A DNA stretch of 64,000 nt, taken from positions 21,576 to 85,575 of the forward strand of contig CAVQPO010000001.1 of NCBI GenBank assembly GCA_963714805.1. Direction: 5' to 3'. Made by a program: the position numbers and the translations under genes. The stretch is from an uncultured beta proteobacterium (GTDB taxonomy: Bacteria > Pseudomonadota > Gammaproteobacteria > Burkholderiales > Gallionellaceae). Positions 39,297 to 49,453 of the stretch are shown here, piece by piece (positions within the stretch are counted from its first letter, which is position 1; the number at the start of each line of letters is the position of its first letter). The notes below the pieces were generated by a model. That model was given only the letters and a program-made list of their open reading frames with translations. It did not search any database and was not told where the DNA came from.

Positions 39297-39422
39297 TTGC
39301 TTATCAATCCAATGTTGTAGCTCGGATAAAACGCAGTGGAATCCGGGAGCGCCCGACAGGGCGCAGAGGTTGTCGCAACATTCAATGGAGTGTCATGAAT
39401 CCCGGATTCCATTGCATCCGGG
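39216..39422 (+). repeat. About 210-bp direct repeat, copy B
   Basis: See copy A. Contains inverted arms GGAATCCGGGA ... TCCCGGATTCC. Confidence 0.8.
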
Positions 39423-39423
39423 T

Positions 39424-40236
39424 TCACTCATCCCAGCACGCATTAATGGTTGTGGCATCCCAGACACCAAACTGCGAGCCAAACATAGTCAAAAAACAAC
39501 TCAGGAAAGATGACGCGTCGTGTAAAACCTCGCCTACATCATACCAATTGGCACGCTGAGACCAGAACGGTCCGTCTGGCTGTTGCCGCAAAAAGCGGTT
39601 TGCCATATTCACATCTGCGTGGGTAAACGAAGATAGCTCTGAGTAGAAAGTCTCATAAGCTTCCAAATGGTCAACGTCTTCGGCAAGCTGTCTGATGGAC
39701 TTGCCCGACCAATTCTTAAACAGCTTGCCGCTCTTACCGTTAGTTTTGAAGAGCTGCTCGACCTCAGCAAACTTCGCGTTAACTTCGATTTCTCGTTTCG
39801 CCCACCTGGTTTCCCATTCAAGCTCCATAGCATCGCGCCAAGATTGATCTTTGCTGGCGCGATGCTTGGAACAAGTATCCATCGAGCGCTTCTGTAGCAC
39901 ATACTCAAACAGGATGTACTGTCGTGATCTATCTTCTGGTGACTTTGTAATGTAGTGAGCATTGACATCGACCTCAAACATGGACCGGGCGATCATGTAA
40001 CCAGAGTTCACTGGAAACCATTCTACACCCGACGAATCCCACAGAGCCAACAGCGCGCGCGCTCCAGACACGTTATACATCAGGAAGCACGACATTAACG
40101 ACGTGTATTGTAAACCCGCTTGATGAGTCCTCACGCCATCGAGACTTTGGCCAATGGCAGTCAACCGAGACAGCACCTTGTGATGATACGGTGCCCACTG
40201 TTCTTGCGTAATTGCTCTCACGAGGTGCGGCTCCAT
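39424..40236 (-). CDS. Hypothetical 270-aa protein (orphan; possibly DUF5677-like)
   Basis: Long clean ORF whose stop abuts repeat copy B. No confident family. Confidence 0.5.
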   Translation of the reverse strand: MEPHLVRAITQEQWAPYHHKVLSRLTAIGQSLDGVRTHQAGLQYTSLMSCFLMYNVSGARALLALWDSSGVEWFPVNSGYMIARSMFEVDVNAHYITKSPEDRSRQYILFEYVLQKRSMDTCSKHRASKDQSWRDAMELEWETRWAKREIEVNAKFAEVEQLFKTNGKSGKLFKNWSGKSIRQLAEDVDHLEAYETFYSELSSFTHADVNMANRFLRQQPDGPFWSQRANWYDVGEVLHDASSFLSCFLTMFGSQFGVWDATTINACWDE

Positions 40237-40357
40237 CTGTGCAACCCGCGTAAGGCGTAATGTAGGGTGTCAATAAGCGAAGCGCATTGCACCGAATGTT
40301 TGGGATCGAAAGCTTTGTAAAACGGGGTTGCCCATGTCATAGACAATCCCCATTCCA

Positions 40358-41237
40358 TTACGGAAGCAATGACCGCATCACCTTCCCCATTTCCGCCGGG
40401 TTGCGCGTGATGTGTATGCCGCATTCTTCCATCACCGCCAACTTGTCCTCGGCACCGCCTTGACCGCCAGAGATGATCGCACCGGCATGGCCCATGCGCT
40501 TGCCTTCGGGCGCGGTGATACCAGCGATGAAGCCCACTACCGGCTTCTTCATGTTGGCCTTGATCCAGCGCGCGCAGTCTTCCTCGTCGCTGCCGCCGAT
40601 CTCGCCCACCATGATGACCGCGTCGGTGTCCGGATCGTCGTTGAACAATCTCATCACATCCACGTGCTTCATGCCGTTGATCGGGTCGCCGCCGATACCC
40701 ACGCAGGATGATTGCCCCAGACCCAGTGCAGAGAGTTGCCCCACCGCCTCATAGGTCAAGCGTGCCGGAGCGCGATACCACGCCGATGCGACCTTTCTTG
40801 TGAATGTGCCCCGGCATGATGCCGATCTTGATTTCGTCTGGCGTAATCAATCCCGGACAATTCGGCCCGATCAACACCGTGCGCTTGCCCTGCATTTTGT
40901 AGCGCGTCTTCAGCATGTCATGCACCGGTATGCCCTCGGTGATGCAGATCACCAAGTCCAGATCGGCTTCCACCGCTTCGTCAATCGCCGCTGCCGCACC
41001 GGAAGGCGGCACGTAAATCACCGACACCGTCGCGCCGGTCTGCGCCTTGGCGTCCTTCACCGTGGCATACACCGGCACGCCTTCAAAATTTTCCCCTGCC
41101 TTCTTCGGGTTCACCCCGGCGACAAAACAGTTCGCGCCATTTGCATAGGCACGACAATGGAAAGTGTGGAACTGGCCGACCTTGCCGGTCATGCCCTGAG
41201 TGATGACTTTGGTGTCTTTATTGATCAGTATGGACAT
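40358..41237 (-). pseudogene. sucD: Succinyl-CoA ligase alpha subunit, split by one frameshift near 40758
   Basis: ORF 40749-41237 ends ...VVSRSGTL and ORF 40358-40759 continues TYEAVGQLS...GHAGAI. Removing one t (acgctTgacc) restores the frame. Confidence 0.85.
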
Positions 41238-41239
41238 TT

Positions 41240-42407
41240 TTATTCTCCCTTTGCAGCGGCTACAACTTTCTGAGCCGCATCCGCCATGTCGCTGCCAGAA
41301 ATAATCGGCAGGCCGGATTCAGCCAGAATCTTTTTGCCCAAATCAACATTGGTGCCTTCCAGACGCACCACCAGAGGCACGCTCGAGATGCACCTCGCGC
41401 GCCGCCGCCACCACGCCTTCTGCGATCACGTCGCAGCGCATGATGCCGCCGAAAATGTTCACCAGAATCGCACGCAGCTTGGGATTCTTCAGCATCAGTT
41501 TGAATGCCTCTGTAACTTTTTCCTTGGTCGCGCCACCGCCTACATCAAGGAAGTTCGCCGGATTGCCACCGTACAACTTGATGATGTCCATCGTTGCCAT
41601 CGCCAGCCCCGCACCATTCACCAGACAACCGATGTCGCCATCCAGCGAGATGTAGCTGAGGTCAAATTTTGATGCCTCGACTTCGGCAGGGTCTTCTTCA
41701 TCCAGATCGCGGTATGCGACAATTTCAGGACGGCGATACAGCGCATTGCTGTCGAAATTGAATTTCGCATCCAGCGCGCGCACGCGATTATCCGCCGTCA
41801 GCACCAGCGGATTGATTTCCGCCAGCATCGCATCCTTCTCCACGAAAGCGCGGTACAAACCTTGCAGGGACGCGCGCGCTTCAGCCAGTGCCGCTTCGGG
41901 TATGCCGATCTTGCGCGACACTTCATCGCATTCGGCATCGGTCAAACCCGCCACCGGGTCGATCCATACCTTGTGAATTTTTTCCGGCGTATGTGCGGCG
42001 ACTTCTTCGATATCCATACCGCCTTCGCTGCTGGCCATCATCGCCACGCGCTGCGTGCCACGGTCGACCACCATACCGATGTAATATTCTTTAACAATCT
42101 GCGCACCTTCTTCGATCAGCAAGCGCCTGACCTTTTGTCCTTCCGGGCCAGTCTGGTGCGTCACCAGTTGCATGCCCAGAATTTGGTTGGCGTATTCGCG
42201 CACTTGATCCAGTGACTTCGCCACTTTCACGCCGCCGCCCTTGCCGCGACCGCCCGCGTGAATCTGCGCCTTCACCACCCACACCGCACCGCCCAATTCC
42301 TTTGCCGCAGCCACTGCTTCGTCAACGCTGAAACAGGCAATGCCACGCGGTGTCGGCACGCCAAATTGACGCAAAATTTCCTTACCTTGGTATTCGTGAA
42401 TTTTCAT
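41240..42407 (-). pseudogene. sucC: Succinyl-CoA ligase beta subunit, frameshift near 41383-41386
   Basis: [12 protein letters not shown]... is intact to ...AAAREVHL. The remaining [47 protein letters not shown] reads in the next frame down to the TAA at 41240. One extra c creates ctcgag. Confidence 0.85.
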
Positions 42408-42523
42408 AATTAGCCTTATATTAATCCCTCACCTGAACCGTCCCTAGTACAACTTTTGAGATTTTACAGAAATATTTTGAAAGCCGCGAGGATTATGGAA
42501 TGTTAGACCCCGCGCTTTTCAAT

Positions 42524-43003
42524 TCAAAGGCTATCCGTCAACTCTAACGCGATATTTCCGCTCATTAAACGCATCATGCTTTCTTCAGAACTGCCAAAGC
42601 TAAGCAGGTTGATGCTTCCGTACCAAACGATTTTTTGATCTATTATTGCGAACTTCTGATGAATTCTTGACTTGAACACAACGTTTACCCCCGCTTTGTT
42701 CAGGTCGGCAACAATCTGCTCGAAAGATGTTTGTAATCTTTCGGTAAACTCCTCAGCGGGCCGGGTAACAACGGTTACTTCCACCTTGCGAGCCAGAGGT
42801 TCTTGCAACAGCAGTAAAATCTGGGCTACACGCTTGGGGGTTATAAAGGGACTGACGACAAGGATACTTTTCCTTGCCCAGATAATATCCTGACTGTAAA
42901 CGGCAAAGAACGAACGTTTATCGTAAATGATGTGGATAGCATCATCTCCGGGGCCGTCCCCCTTCGCCTGATAGCCGATTGCCGCATACTCACCCCGGCA
43001 CCA
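42524..43003 (-). pseudogene. PLD-like (single HKD) nuclease-domain protein, probably 5'-truncated
   Basis: IIWARKSILVVSPFIT ... HQKFAIIDQKIVWYGSINLL. The open frame has no ATG before position 42808. Confidence 0.5.
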
Positions 43004-43182
43004 CCACCGTTACGTTGCAACGAGACAACACGGTGGTAGTCATTCGCGATGTTCCCGCCGAAATTTGCGAAGACTGTGGCGAATATTACCTGAACGAACC
43101 TACCGCCCGTCGCGTGTACGCCGATGCTGAAAATACCGCGCATCGCCATGTGGAAGTGGAAATCCAACGCTATGCTGCTTGA
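42979..43182 (+). pseudogene. YgiT/MqsA-type zinc-finger antitoxin-like fragment
   Basis: GTTTVTLQRDNTVVVIRDVPAEICEDCGEYYL keeps the second Cys knuckle only. The first CxxC is missing. Confidence 0.35.
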
Positions 43183-43416
43183 GGCATTCAGCGGTCTGGC
43201 GCAATATATTATTTTGTGGGTTGCCATGCAACAAAGCTAGACTTGACCCAGCGACTTAGACTTAATAACGCGACAATGAGGAAATTTGCTGATGGATAAT
43301 GTTCAGAGATTGCTCGGAACTTTCAAGCTCACAAATCAAGGATGATGTTTTGGAAGACTACACTGGCACGCCACGAGGCTCTGTGATGCCTGTCCAAGGG
43401 CACTATCGAGGAAGGA

Positions 43417-43908
43417 ATGCTCTCGGTGCTGGCTTTCAAACGCTCGCTTTCGGCGGGGATACTTGATGGTGGCGTGGGCGAGATTTCGCTTGGCGGTTCA
43501 CGTCTCAACCGCTTCATGAAAGATGTGGAAAACGTCACCGGCCATATGGGCGAGGGGGAAGCCGTCAGCCCGTCGGAGGAAACAGGAAGTGCGTCCTCTG
43601 CGACAGGGGACGAGCCGGCTGAAGCTATAAATACTGAGGAAAATGCGGATACTGGCGCGAAGGTGCAAGAATCCGAGGAGACAACTTTTGGACAAAGCAA
43701 CTCTGATCCTTGGGGAGCATTGTTACAGTTCGGCTTCCAGTTAGTCACCGCGTTGAAGGCATCCAACAATGGGGATTCGACATCCCATCCCTGGATAGAA
43801 CGCGATCCGGCTACGGGTACCCGTAGTCTCAAGGTACCGCTACCTCCTCCTGAAACTGCGAAACGGCTTGCCGATGCGCTTTCGGTGTTGGCGGATACTT
43901 TAAAGTAG
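43417..43908 (+). CDS. Hypothetical acidic protein
   Basis: 163-aa ORF. The antisense ORF 43329-43919 is judged spurious. No family recognised. Confidence 0.35.
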   Translation: MLSVLAFKRSLSAGILDGGVGEISLGGSRLNRFMKDVENVTGHMGEGEAVSPSEETGSASSATGDEPAEAINTEENADTGAKVQESEETTFGQSNSDPWGALLQFGFQLVTALKASNNGDSTSHPWIERDPATGTRSLKVPLPPPETAKRLADALSVLADTLK

Positions 43909-44295
43909 CTGAACGCCATGCAACGATTTCATGCGCTGATCGAAAGTAAGCGTGTGGCTGCATCCGGCGTCGCTGGCTTTGGCTACGATCAGGCAATCCG
44001 GGAAATCCGCAGCAGTGGTTTCAAAACTGGTCAGTGCATTACGTACAACAAGCTGAGATTCAAATGTGATGCTGCTGTTGCCGAGCAGGGCGCGCAAGAT
44101 GCGCGCGATGTCGGCACGTTCCAGCTCGTAGCTGCGCGATAGCGTCCAACACAACTCGACGAGCACGATATCGGATACGAACAATCCGCCGTGTTCTTCC
44201 CCATGAGCGTCGAATACTACCTTGGCACGCTGCGCCTGCGCCTCGTTGTCTCGGGTTACAAGCCGTACAAGAACGTTAGTGTCCAGCGCAATCAT
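43900..44295 (-). CDS. vapC: VapC-type PIN toxin
   Basis: MIALDTNVLVR... PIN N-terminal Asp motif. 4-nt overlap with the antitoxin gene. Confidence 0.8.
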   Translation of the reverse strand: MIALDTNVLVRLVTRDNEAQAQRAKVVFDAHGEEHGGLFVSDIVLVELCWTLSRSYELERADIARILRALLGNSSITFESQLVVRNALTSFETTAADFPDCLIVAKASDAGCSHTLTFDQRMKSLHGVQLL

Positions 44296-44549
44296 TTGCG
44301 CGAACGTTGGTTGCGTGCTTTCGTCGCCGCAACGATGCCTTCATCCATCTCCTTGATGCTGAGTGGCTTAATTCCGGGGCGATGAACCAAGCCGAACAGG
44401 TTGTCGGAGCCGCGTACCAACACCCGCACCCTCAGGCTACCGTCTTCCTCAACCTCGAAATCGAGCTTGCTGCCGGTCGCAATGTGGAGCTTGTCGCGGA
44501 TATTTTTTGGGACGGTTACTTGTCCTTTGTCAGTCACTGTCGCAAGCAT
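44292..44549 (-). CDS. vapB: AbrB/SpoVT-fold antitoxin (VapB)
   Basis: TVTDKGQVTVPKNIRDKLHI motif. Confidence 0.75.
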   Translation of the reverse strand: MLATVTDKGQVTVPKNIRDKLHIATGSKLDFEVEEDGSLRVRVLVRGSDNLFGLVHRPGIKPLSIKEMDEGIVAATKARNQRSRK

Positions 44550-44558
44550 TATTACCTC

Positions 44559-45509
44559 TTGACTAAGCTCGATTCAGTCGCACTGGAAGCTCGTACTGTT
44601 GCAAAGCAACAAGCCGTCAATACTCGCGCACAATCTCAAGCGATTGCTGTTCCATCTGAACTTTACCGCCCTCATCCGCTGATCAGAGATGCAGCCAAAC
44701 GCCTCAAGCAACGCGATGGCTGGAGCGATGAGAAAGGGCTTCGCTCCGCGCCAGCAGAGATATTGCATCTGGAGGTGACACGCTCGGCGCTGGATCGATC
44801 CCTATTAATCATGGACACCTTGCTCAAGGCATTGGCTGAACGTTCAATATCGGCGCGGGTCGATTTGCAAAGCAAGCAAAGCTTTCTTGATGTTGAAGGA
44901 ACACCTGTTACTATCATGATCAGTGAACAGATAAAACGATCAAACCATGAAGAAACTCCGGCAGAAAAGAAAGCGCGAGAACAATACTGGAACCGTTCCC
45001 GATTGGGTTCTTCCATCAGTTACCCTGTTATTCCCCGATTTGACTATCATCCGACTGGTATATTGACTATCACAGCAGGCCGATGGCCTTCACGTACATG
45101 GAAGGATACGCCACGAACTACGCTTGAAAATCGACTCGGAGAAGTTATCGCTGGAATTGTCACACTTGCCGCCGAGATTCGGGCGAAGGAAGCTGAGGAA
45201 GTTCGTCGACGTAACGAACGACAACGAGCTGAACAGCGGTATGCGTTTCTAAAAAACCGACTTGATACTGAGCGTTCAAAGCTAAAGCAACTGGAGAAAG
45301 CGGCAATTGATTGGGAGCGCGCCACAAGGCTGCGTGCATACGTCGATGCTACCGAACATCATGCTCGGTCCACGGGCGAATTCTCGGCGTAGCTTCAAGA
45401 TTGGGTTGCTTGGGCAAAAGCCAAGGCAGATGCACTTGATCCACTGGTTGCTGTCTGCGATTTAAACCTTGATGCACCGGAACCAAAGCCACCAGATTAC
45501 GGTTGGTAA
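44559..45509 (+). pseudogene. Hypothetical protein with an in-frame TAG (45390-45392) and no ATG start
   Basis: The ORF continues in the same frame after the TAG (LQDWVAWAKAKADALDPLVAV...DYGW*). The 5' part of ORF 44307-45392 is antisense to vapB, so the earliest plausible start is the TTG at 44559. Confidence 0.5.
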
Positions 45510-45651
45510 TGAGTTGCGTAGCGACCTGTGCAAGTTTCAGAATTCAGTGTAATCAGAGACTCGTCAACGAAATAATCCACCAAGCGTTAATGCATAATGA
45601 ATTTCAAATTTGTTCAGAAAAAGGAGATCGTCATGATTTAGTTACCAACTA

Positions 45652-45981
45652 TTGGAGCTAATCATGTCACGTACATTTCGCCGCAAGCGGGAGCGTCACG
45701 AGTATTACTGGGTGCTGCACGATTGGGAGTCTCGACTTCCTCGCGGGCACTGGGTGCAACTCGATCCGCGATCTGATGCAGGGCGCAAGGCAATCGCCCT
45801 TTTTCATTCCGACAAGTCGGTCACTATGGGCAGTTCAGCACCGCGCTGGTACCGCAAGGTATTCGATCACCGGATTCGCACTGGCAACGACCGCATGTTA
45901 CGTCGTTGGCTGGCTGACCCCGAATTCGACCCGGTGTTTCGGGCTTGGCACAAACACGATGCCAATTGGAGTTGGTGGTGA
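45652..45981 (+). CDS. Hypothetical basic/Trp-rich small protein
   Basis: 109-aa ORF (alternative start MSRTFRRK at 45664). No family recognised. Confidence 0.4.
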   Translation: MELIMSRTFRRKRERHEYYWVLHDWESRLPRGHWVQLDPRSDAGRKAIALFHSDKSVTMGSSAPRWYRKVFDHRIRTGNDRMLRRWLADPEFDPVFRAWHKHDANWSWW

Positions 45982-46240
45982 TCGTTGATTTTGGTTGGAC
46001 TATGCGACTGGACTAATATCACTGCATTACTGTCAGGAAAAATGCGTTCCCCCCAAAGCAAAACGCCCCACCATATTCTGGAGGAGCGTTTTGCTTTGTT
46101 AAGGAGCCTGACGATGTGCCCCATCACTTAACCTTCCAGCATTGGGCAGGTGTCACACTCAAACTTCCGTGTAATTCGGTGCATTGCGCTTCGCCTAATG
46201 ACACCCTACAATACGCCTTACGCGAGTTGAAAGGAACACC

Positions 46241-46465
46241 ATGAATACAGAAACACTTGAAGACACCGCACTGCATCTCCCCCTGAAACAACGTGCCGAG
46301 CTTGCGCACAAATTGTTACTCAGCCTTGAAGCTCAAAATGAGGATGAGATTGCAGAGGCATGGCATGCCGAAGCACTACGCCGCTCTGCGGAAATTGAAA
46401 GCGGAGTGGCCGATACCGTTTCCGCCGAGGAAGTCAGTGCCGCTGCCCGTGCGCTTTTGCGATGA
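46241..46465 (+). CDS. Addiction-module antitoxin (putative addiction module component family)
   Basis: [18 protein letters not shown]...[16 protein letters not shown] pattern. 4-nt overlap with the toxin gene. Confidence 0.65.
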   Translation: MNTETLEDTALHLPLKQRAELAHKLLLSLEAQNEDEIAEAWHAEALRRSAEIESGVADTVSAEEVSAAARALLR

Positions 46466-46761
46466 AATACAGGTTTCACCGCGCTGCAACTGCCGAACAC
46501 TACGATAACGTCAATTTCTACGAAGACAGACTGCCCGGTTTGGGCGCGGACTACCTGAAAGAATTCGAAACGGTCATGGCGCATATTTGCGCTACGCCCA
46601 ATCTTTATCCGACTATTGGCGCACCCGACATCCACAAAGCCGGATTGAAGCGATTTCCATTTTTCGTTATTTATCGCACCGAGCAAAATCAAATCATCGT
46701 GCTTGCTGTCGCACATCAACGCCGCCAGCCTGCCTATTGGTCGGGGCGTTTAGCAAAATGA
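46462..46761 (+). CDS. ParE/RelE-family toxin
   Basis: 99 aa. ...[30 protein letters not shown]. Confidence 0.75.
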   Translation: MKYRFHRAATAEHYDNVNFYEDRLPGLGADYLKEFETVMAHICATPNLYPTIGAPDIHKAGLKRFPFFVIYRTEQNQIIVLAVAHQRRQPAYWSGRLAK

Positions 46762-46780
46762 TAATACGGATGTTGGAATT

Positions 46781-48536
46781 TTAGACTTGACACCACGTTT
46801 TGACTTGTTGGGTGCCACGCTCGCTCCCCGTGAACAGCCAGTTCTTTTTGCCTATGGCAATCGGGCGAATAGCATTCTCGACCGGGTTGTTGTCGATGGG
46901 CAGATTGCCGGTTTGCGCATAGCGAACCAAGCTCGCCCAGCGACTCAGACTGTAGTCGATCGCGCGGGCCAATCCGCTATTATTGGCGGTAGCGGTCCGC
47001 AACCGAATCAGCCAATCATGCATGTCCGCCAGTATGGGCAGACTGTTTTCCTGGCGATGCTGTTTACGGCTGGGCCTGATCCATAGCCCGAGGCTTCTTC
47101 TTCGATAGCGTAAAGCTGGCCAATGCGTCTTAACGCTTCCTCCGCCAGGGGTGAGTGCCCGTAACCTGAAGATCAAAGAATTTGCGCCGGGCATGCGCCC
47201 AACAGCCAAGCTCGGTGACGACATGTGCGGCATCGCAGGCGAACAGCTTCTTGTATCCTCCATAGTCGTCCACCATGAGGCTACCCTGCCAACCCTGCAA
47301 GAAATCTCTCGCATGCTGACCGGAGCGACTGCTCTGATAATCAAATACGACAATCGGCGGACCGGTATCCAAATCATTGCTGCGATAACTCCACAGATAG
47401 GCCCGTTTGGTCTTGCCCGCCCCCGGATCAAGTTGCTTGACGGGTGTTTCGTCGGCATGCAGCACTTGTCGCTGCTTGAGCAACTCCATCAAGCGTTCAG
47501 CCAGAGGTTGCAGGGCAAACCCCATGCGCCCAATCCATTCGCTCATGGTGCTGCGGGACAGGTTGACTTGCTGCCGGGCAGCAATTTGTTCCAGTCGATA
47601 GAGGGGCAAGTGATCCAGATACTTGCCGATGGCAACCCAAGCCAGCAATCCGGGAGCTGCCAGTGATCCGTCGATGACTGCAGGTGCAACAGGCGCAGCC
47701 GTTATTGTTTCGCATTGGCGGCAGGCATATTGCGGGCGGATATGGCGAATCACAAAGAACCGTGCCGGTTCCACATCCAATTGCTCGCTGACATCTTCGC
47801 CGATCTTGACCAGGTTGGACTGGCAGGCTGGGCAGGTGCAGGACTCGGGTTCGTGGCGAACCTCGACCCGCTCCAGATGTTCCGGCAGCACCTTACGTCC
47901 GGCACGGCTTCTGGGCGAAGCGGGTGTGGATGGCAACTTCAGCTCGGACTCGATGGCGGCGATGTCTTGCACAACGTCCTCATCGAACAACTGTCGTTGT
48001 TCCGGGCTCATCGCTTCGCTCTTCACGCCGTAGCGGATGCGCCTGAGGTACGCCACTTCCTGAACCAATGCCTGAATCTTGATGTCCTGTGAACGGATGG
48101 TTGAAGTCTGGGAATTGATGATTTCGGTGAGCCTGATAATTTCGGCATCACGGAAAGGAATTTGAGGGGATAAAGCTTCGCCAGCGGGGGCTGATAAATC
48201 GATTGGATTAGTTGCTTTATTCCGTGAATTCATTTTGCTGAATCACTACCGACAACCGGTCGATGCCCCAGCGCATGTCCACCGGCTCCACGGCCAGAAA
48301 CACCTGACTGGGCTGCATCACTTCAGCCATGCCCCCAACCACTGAGCGCAAGCTTCCGCACCAGCCATGGGCCAGCGGATGTTAATCAGGGTCGCACCGC
48401 GCCGAATATCGAATTGGATATCTCCATCTGGGGCCAAAGTGTTGGGCGCTTCGAGCTGAACCGGAACAAGCTTGGCGGGTGTCGGTGCAACAGGAAGAGT
48501 GGTGCCGACAGGAAATTGCCTCATCCAGCGGCGCAA
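46781..48536 (-). mobile_element. Degenerate IS66-family element (tnpA C-terminal fragment, tnpB first about 30 codons, frameshifted and 3'-truncated tnpC)
   Basis: ORF 47130-48233 has the IS66 TnpC zinc-finger and DDE-region motifs (CPACQSNLVKIGED..., LHADETPV). VFLAVEPVDMRWGIDRLS (TnpB start) is fused directly to the tnpC ATG. The tnpC tail is in another frame (ORF 46781-47458) and lacks its end. Confidence 0.75.
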
Positions 48537-48632
48537 CAGATTGGCGTTAATATTCCTGATTGGACGAACTTCTGGATTAGCTTTGCTTTAGTGCAAAAAC
48601 AAGATGAAATAACGGCGCTTCAAAGGTGGTAT

Positions 48633-49439
48633 CTACGAATTTGTTTGCGGAGCGTAACGGGCAAGCAAGAAGCTTCCCGCTACCGCCGTGATGACGGATG
48701 CTCCTATGAGCAACTCTCGACCCTCCTGCCAAGCGGCAGCCTCTGGTAAAAACTGACGGGATAATTCTAATCCAGCCACAGTGAGGCTAAGCAATGCCAC
48801 AGTAGCCCCCATAATGCGCGAAGCGATGCGCGCACTGGCATCGGCACGCCGCAACAGGTGCGAAATCCACAGACCATTTACGGCATCGGTGACCATCATG
48901 CCGATCATAAAACACACGGCAAGTAACAACGCATAGATTATTCCGCCATAACGTGTGGCTGCGACGGAAAAGAACGTGGCCTGGGAAAGCGTATCAAAGG
49001 ATAATGCGAACAGCGCCCCCACTAACGCAACCAGAGCGGGGTGACTTGCACTCTTTAGTCCGCCCAGCCAACGCCCTTTGATTCCTGCCATCTGCACCAT
49101 TTCATGCGATGGCGTAGAGAAGACTGCGGCTAAATTTAGAATCCCCAACAACACGAGAAAGAATGCCGACATCCAAGTACCTACGTCATCCATCCAAGTC
49201 GGTACGGTTGTATGGTGGAATAATAAGCTGGCTGCAACAGCCACAATACATACTACTGCACCATGCCCAAGCGAGAACAGAAAGCCGCACAAGCGCGCCA
49301 GACGAAACCGTTCCGCTGAAGTGTTAAAGCGGGTTAACCCGTCTATCGTCGCCAGATGGTCGGCATCCATGCCATGTTTAAGCCCCAATACGAAGGCCAA
49401 TGCGACCAGTGGATAAATGCTTTCATGCAATGTTTCCAT
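48633..49439 (-). CDS. hoxN: HoxN/HupN/NixA-family nickel permease
   Basis: LGLKHGMDADHLATIDGLTR signature in TM2. 268 aa, shorter than I would expect for this family. Confidence 0.8.
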   Translation of the reverse strand: METLHESIYPLVALAFVLGLKHGMDADHLATIDGLTRFNTSAERFRLARLCGFLFSLGHGAVVCIVAVAASLLFHHTTVPTWMDDVGTWMSAFFLVLLGILNLAAVFSTPSHEMVQMAGIKGRWLGGLKSASHPALVALVGALFALSFDTLSQATFFSVAATRYGGIIYALLLAVCFMIGMMVTDAVNGLWISHLLRRADASARIASRIMGATVALLSLTVAGLELSRQFLPEAAAWQEGRELLIGASVITAVAGSFLLARYAPQTNS

Positions 49440-49453
49440 GCTACCTCCCCGGT

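Noticed and set aside
38860-39422. Possibility that the GGAATCCGGGA/TCCCGGATTCC elements are integron attC sites and the TA genes are cassettes
   Set aside because: There is no intI gene in the window. I could not identify the GTTRRRY core or inverse-core pair at the element ends, and neighbouring TA modules are not each bounded by such elements. Left as a check only.
44307-44558. 5' portion of ORF 44307-45392
   Set aside because: It overlaps vapB and the end of vapC on the opposite strand. The real gene, if any, can only start after 44549.
45390-45392. Programmed read-through or recoding of the in-frame TAG
   Set aside because: There is nothing in the window suggesting pyrrolysine machinery or a recoding signal. 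The gene is also 5'-damaged, so a plain nonsense mutation is the simpler explanation.
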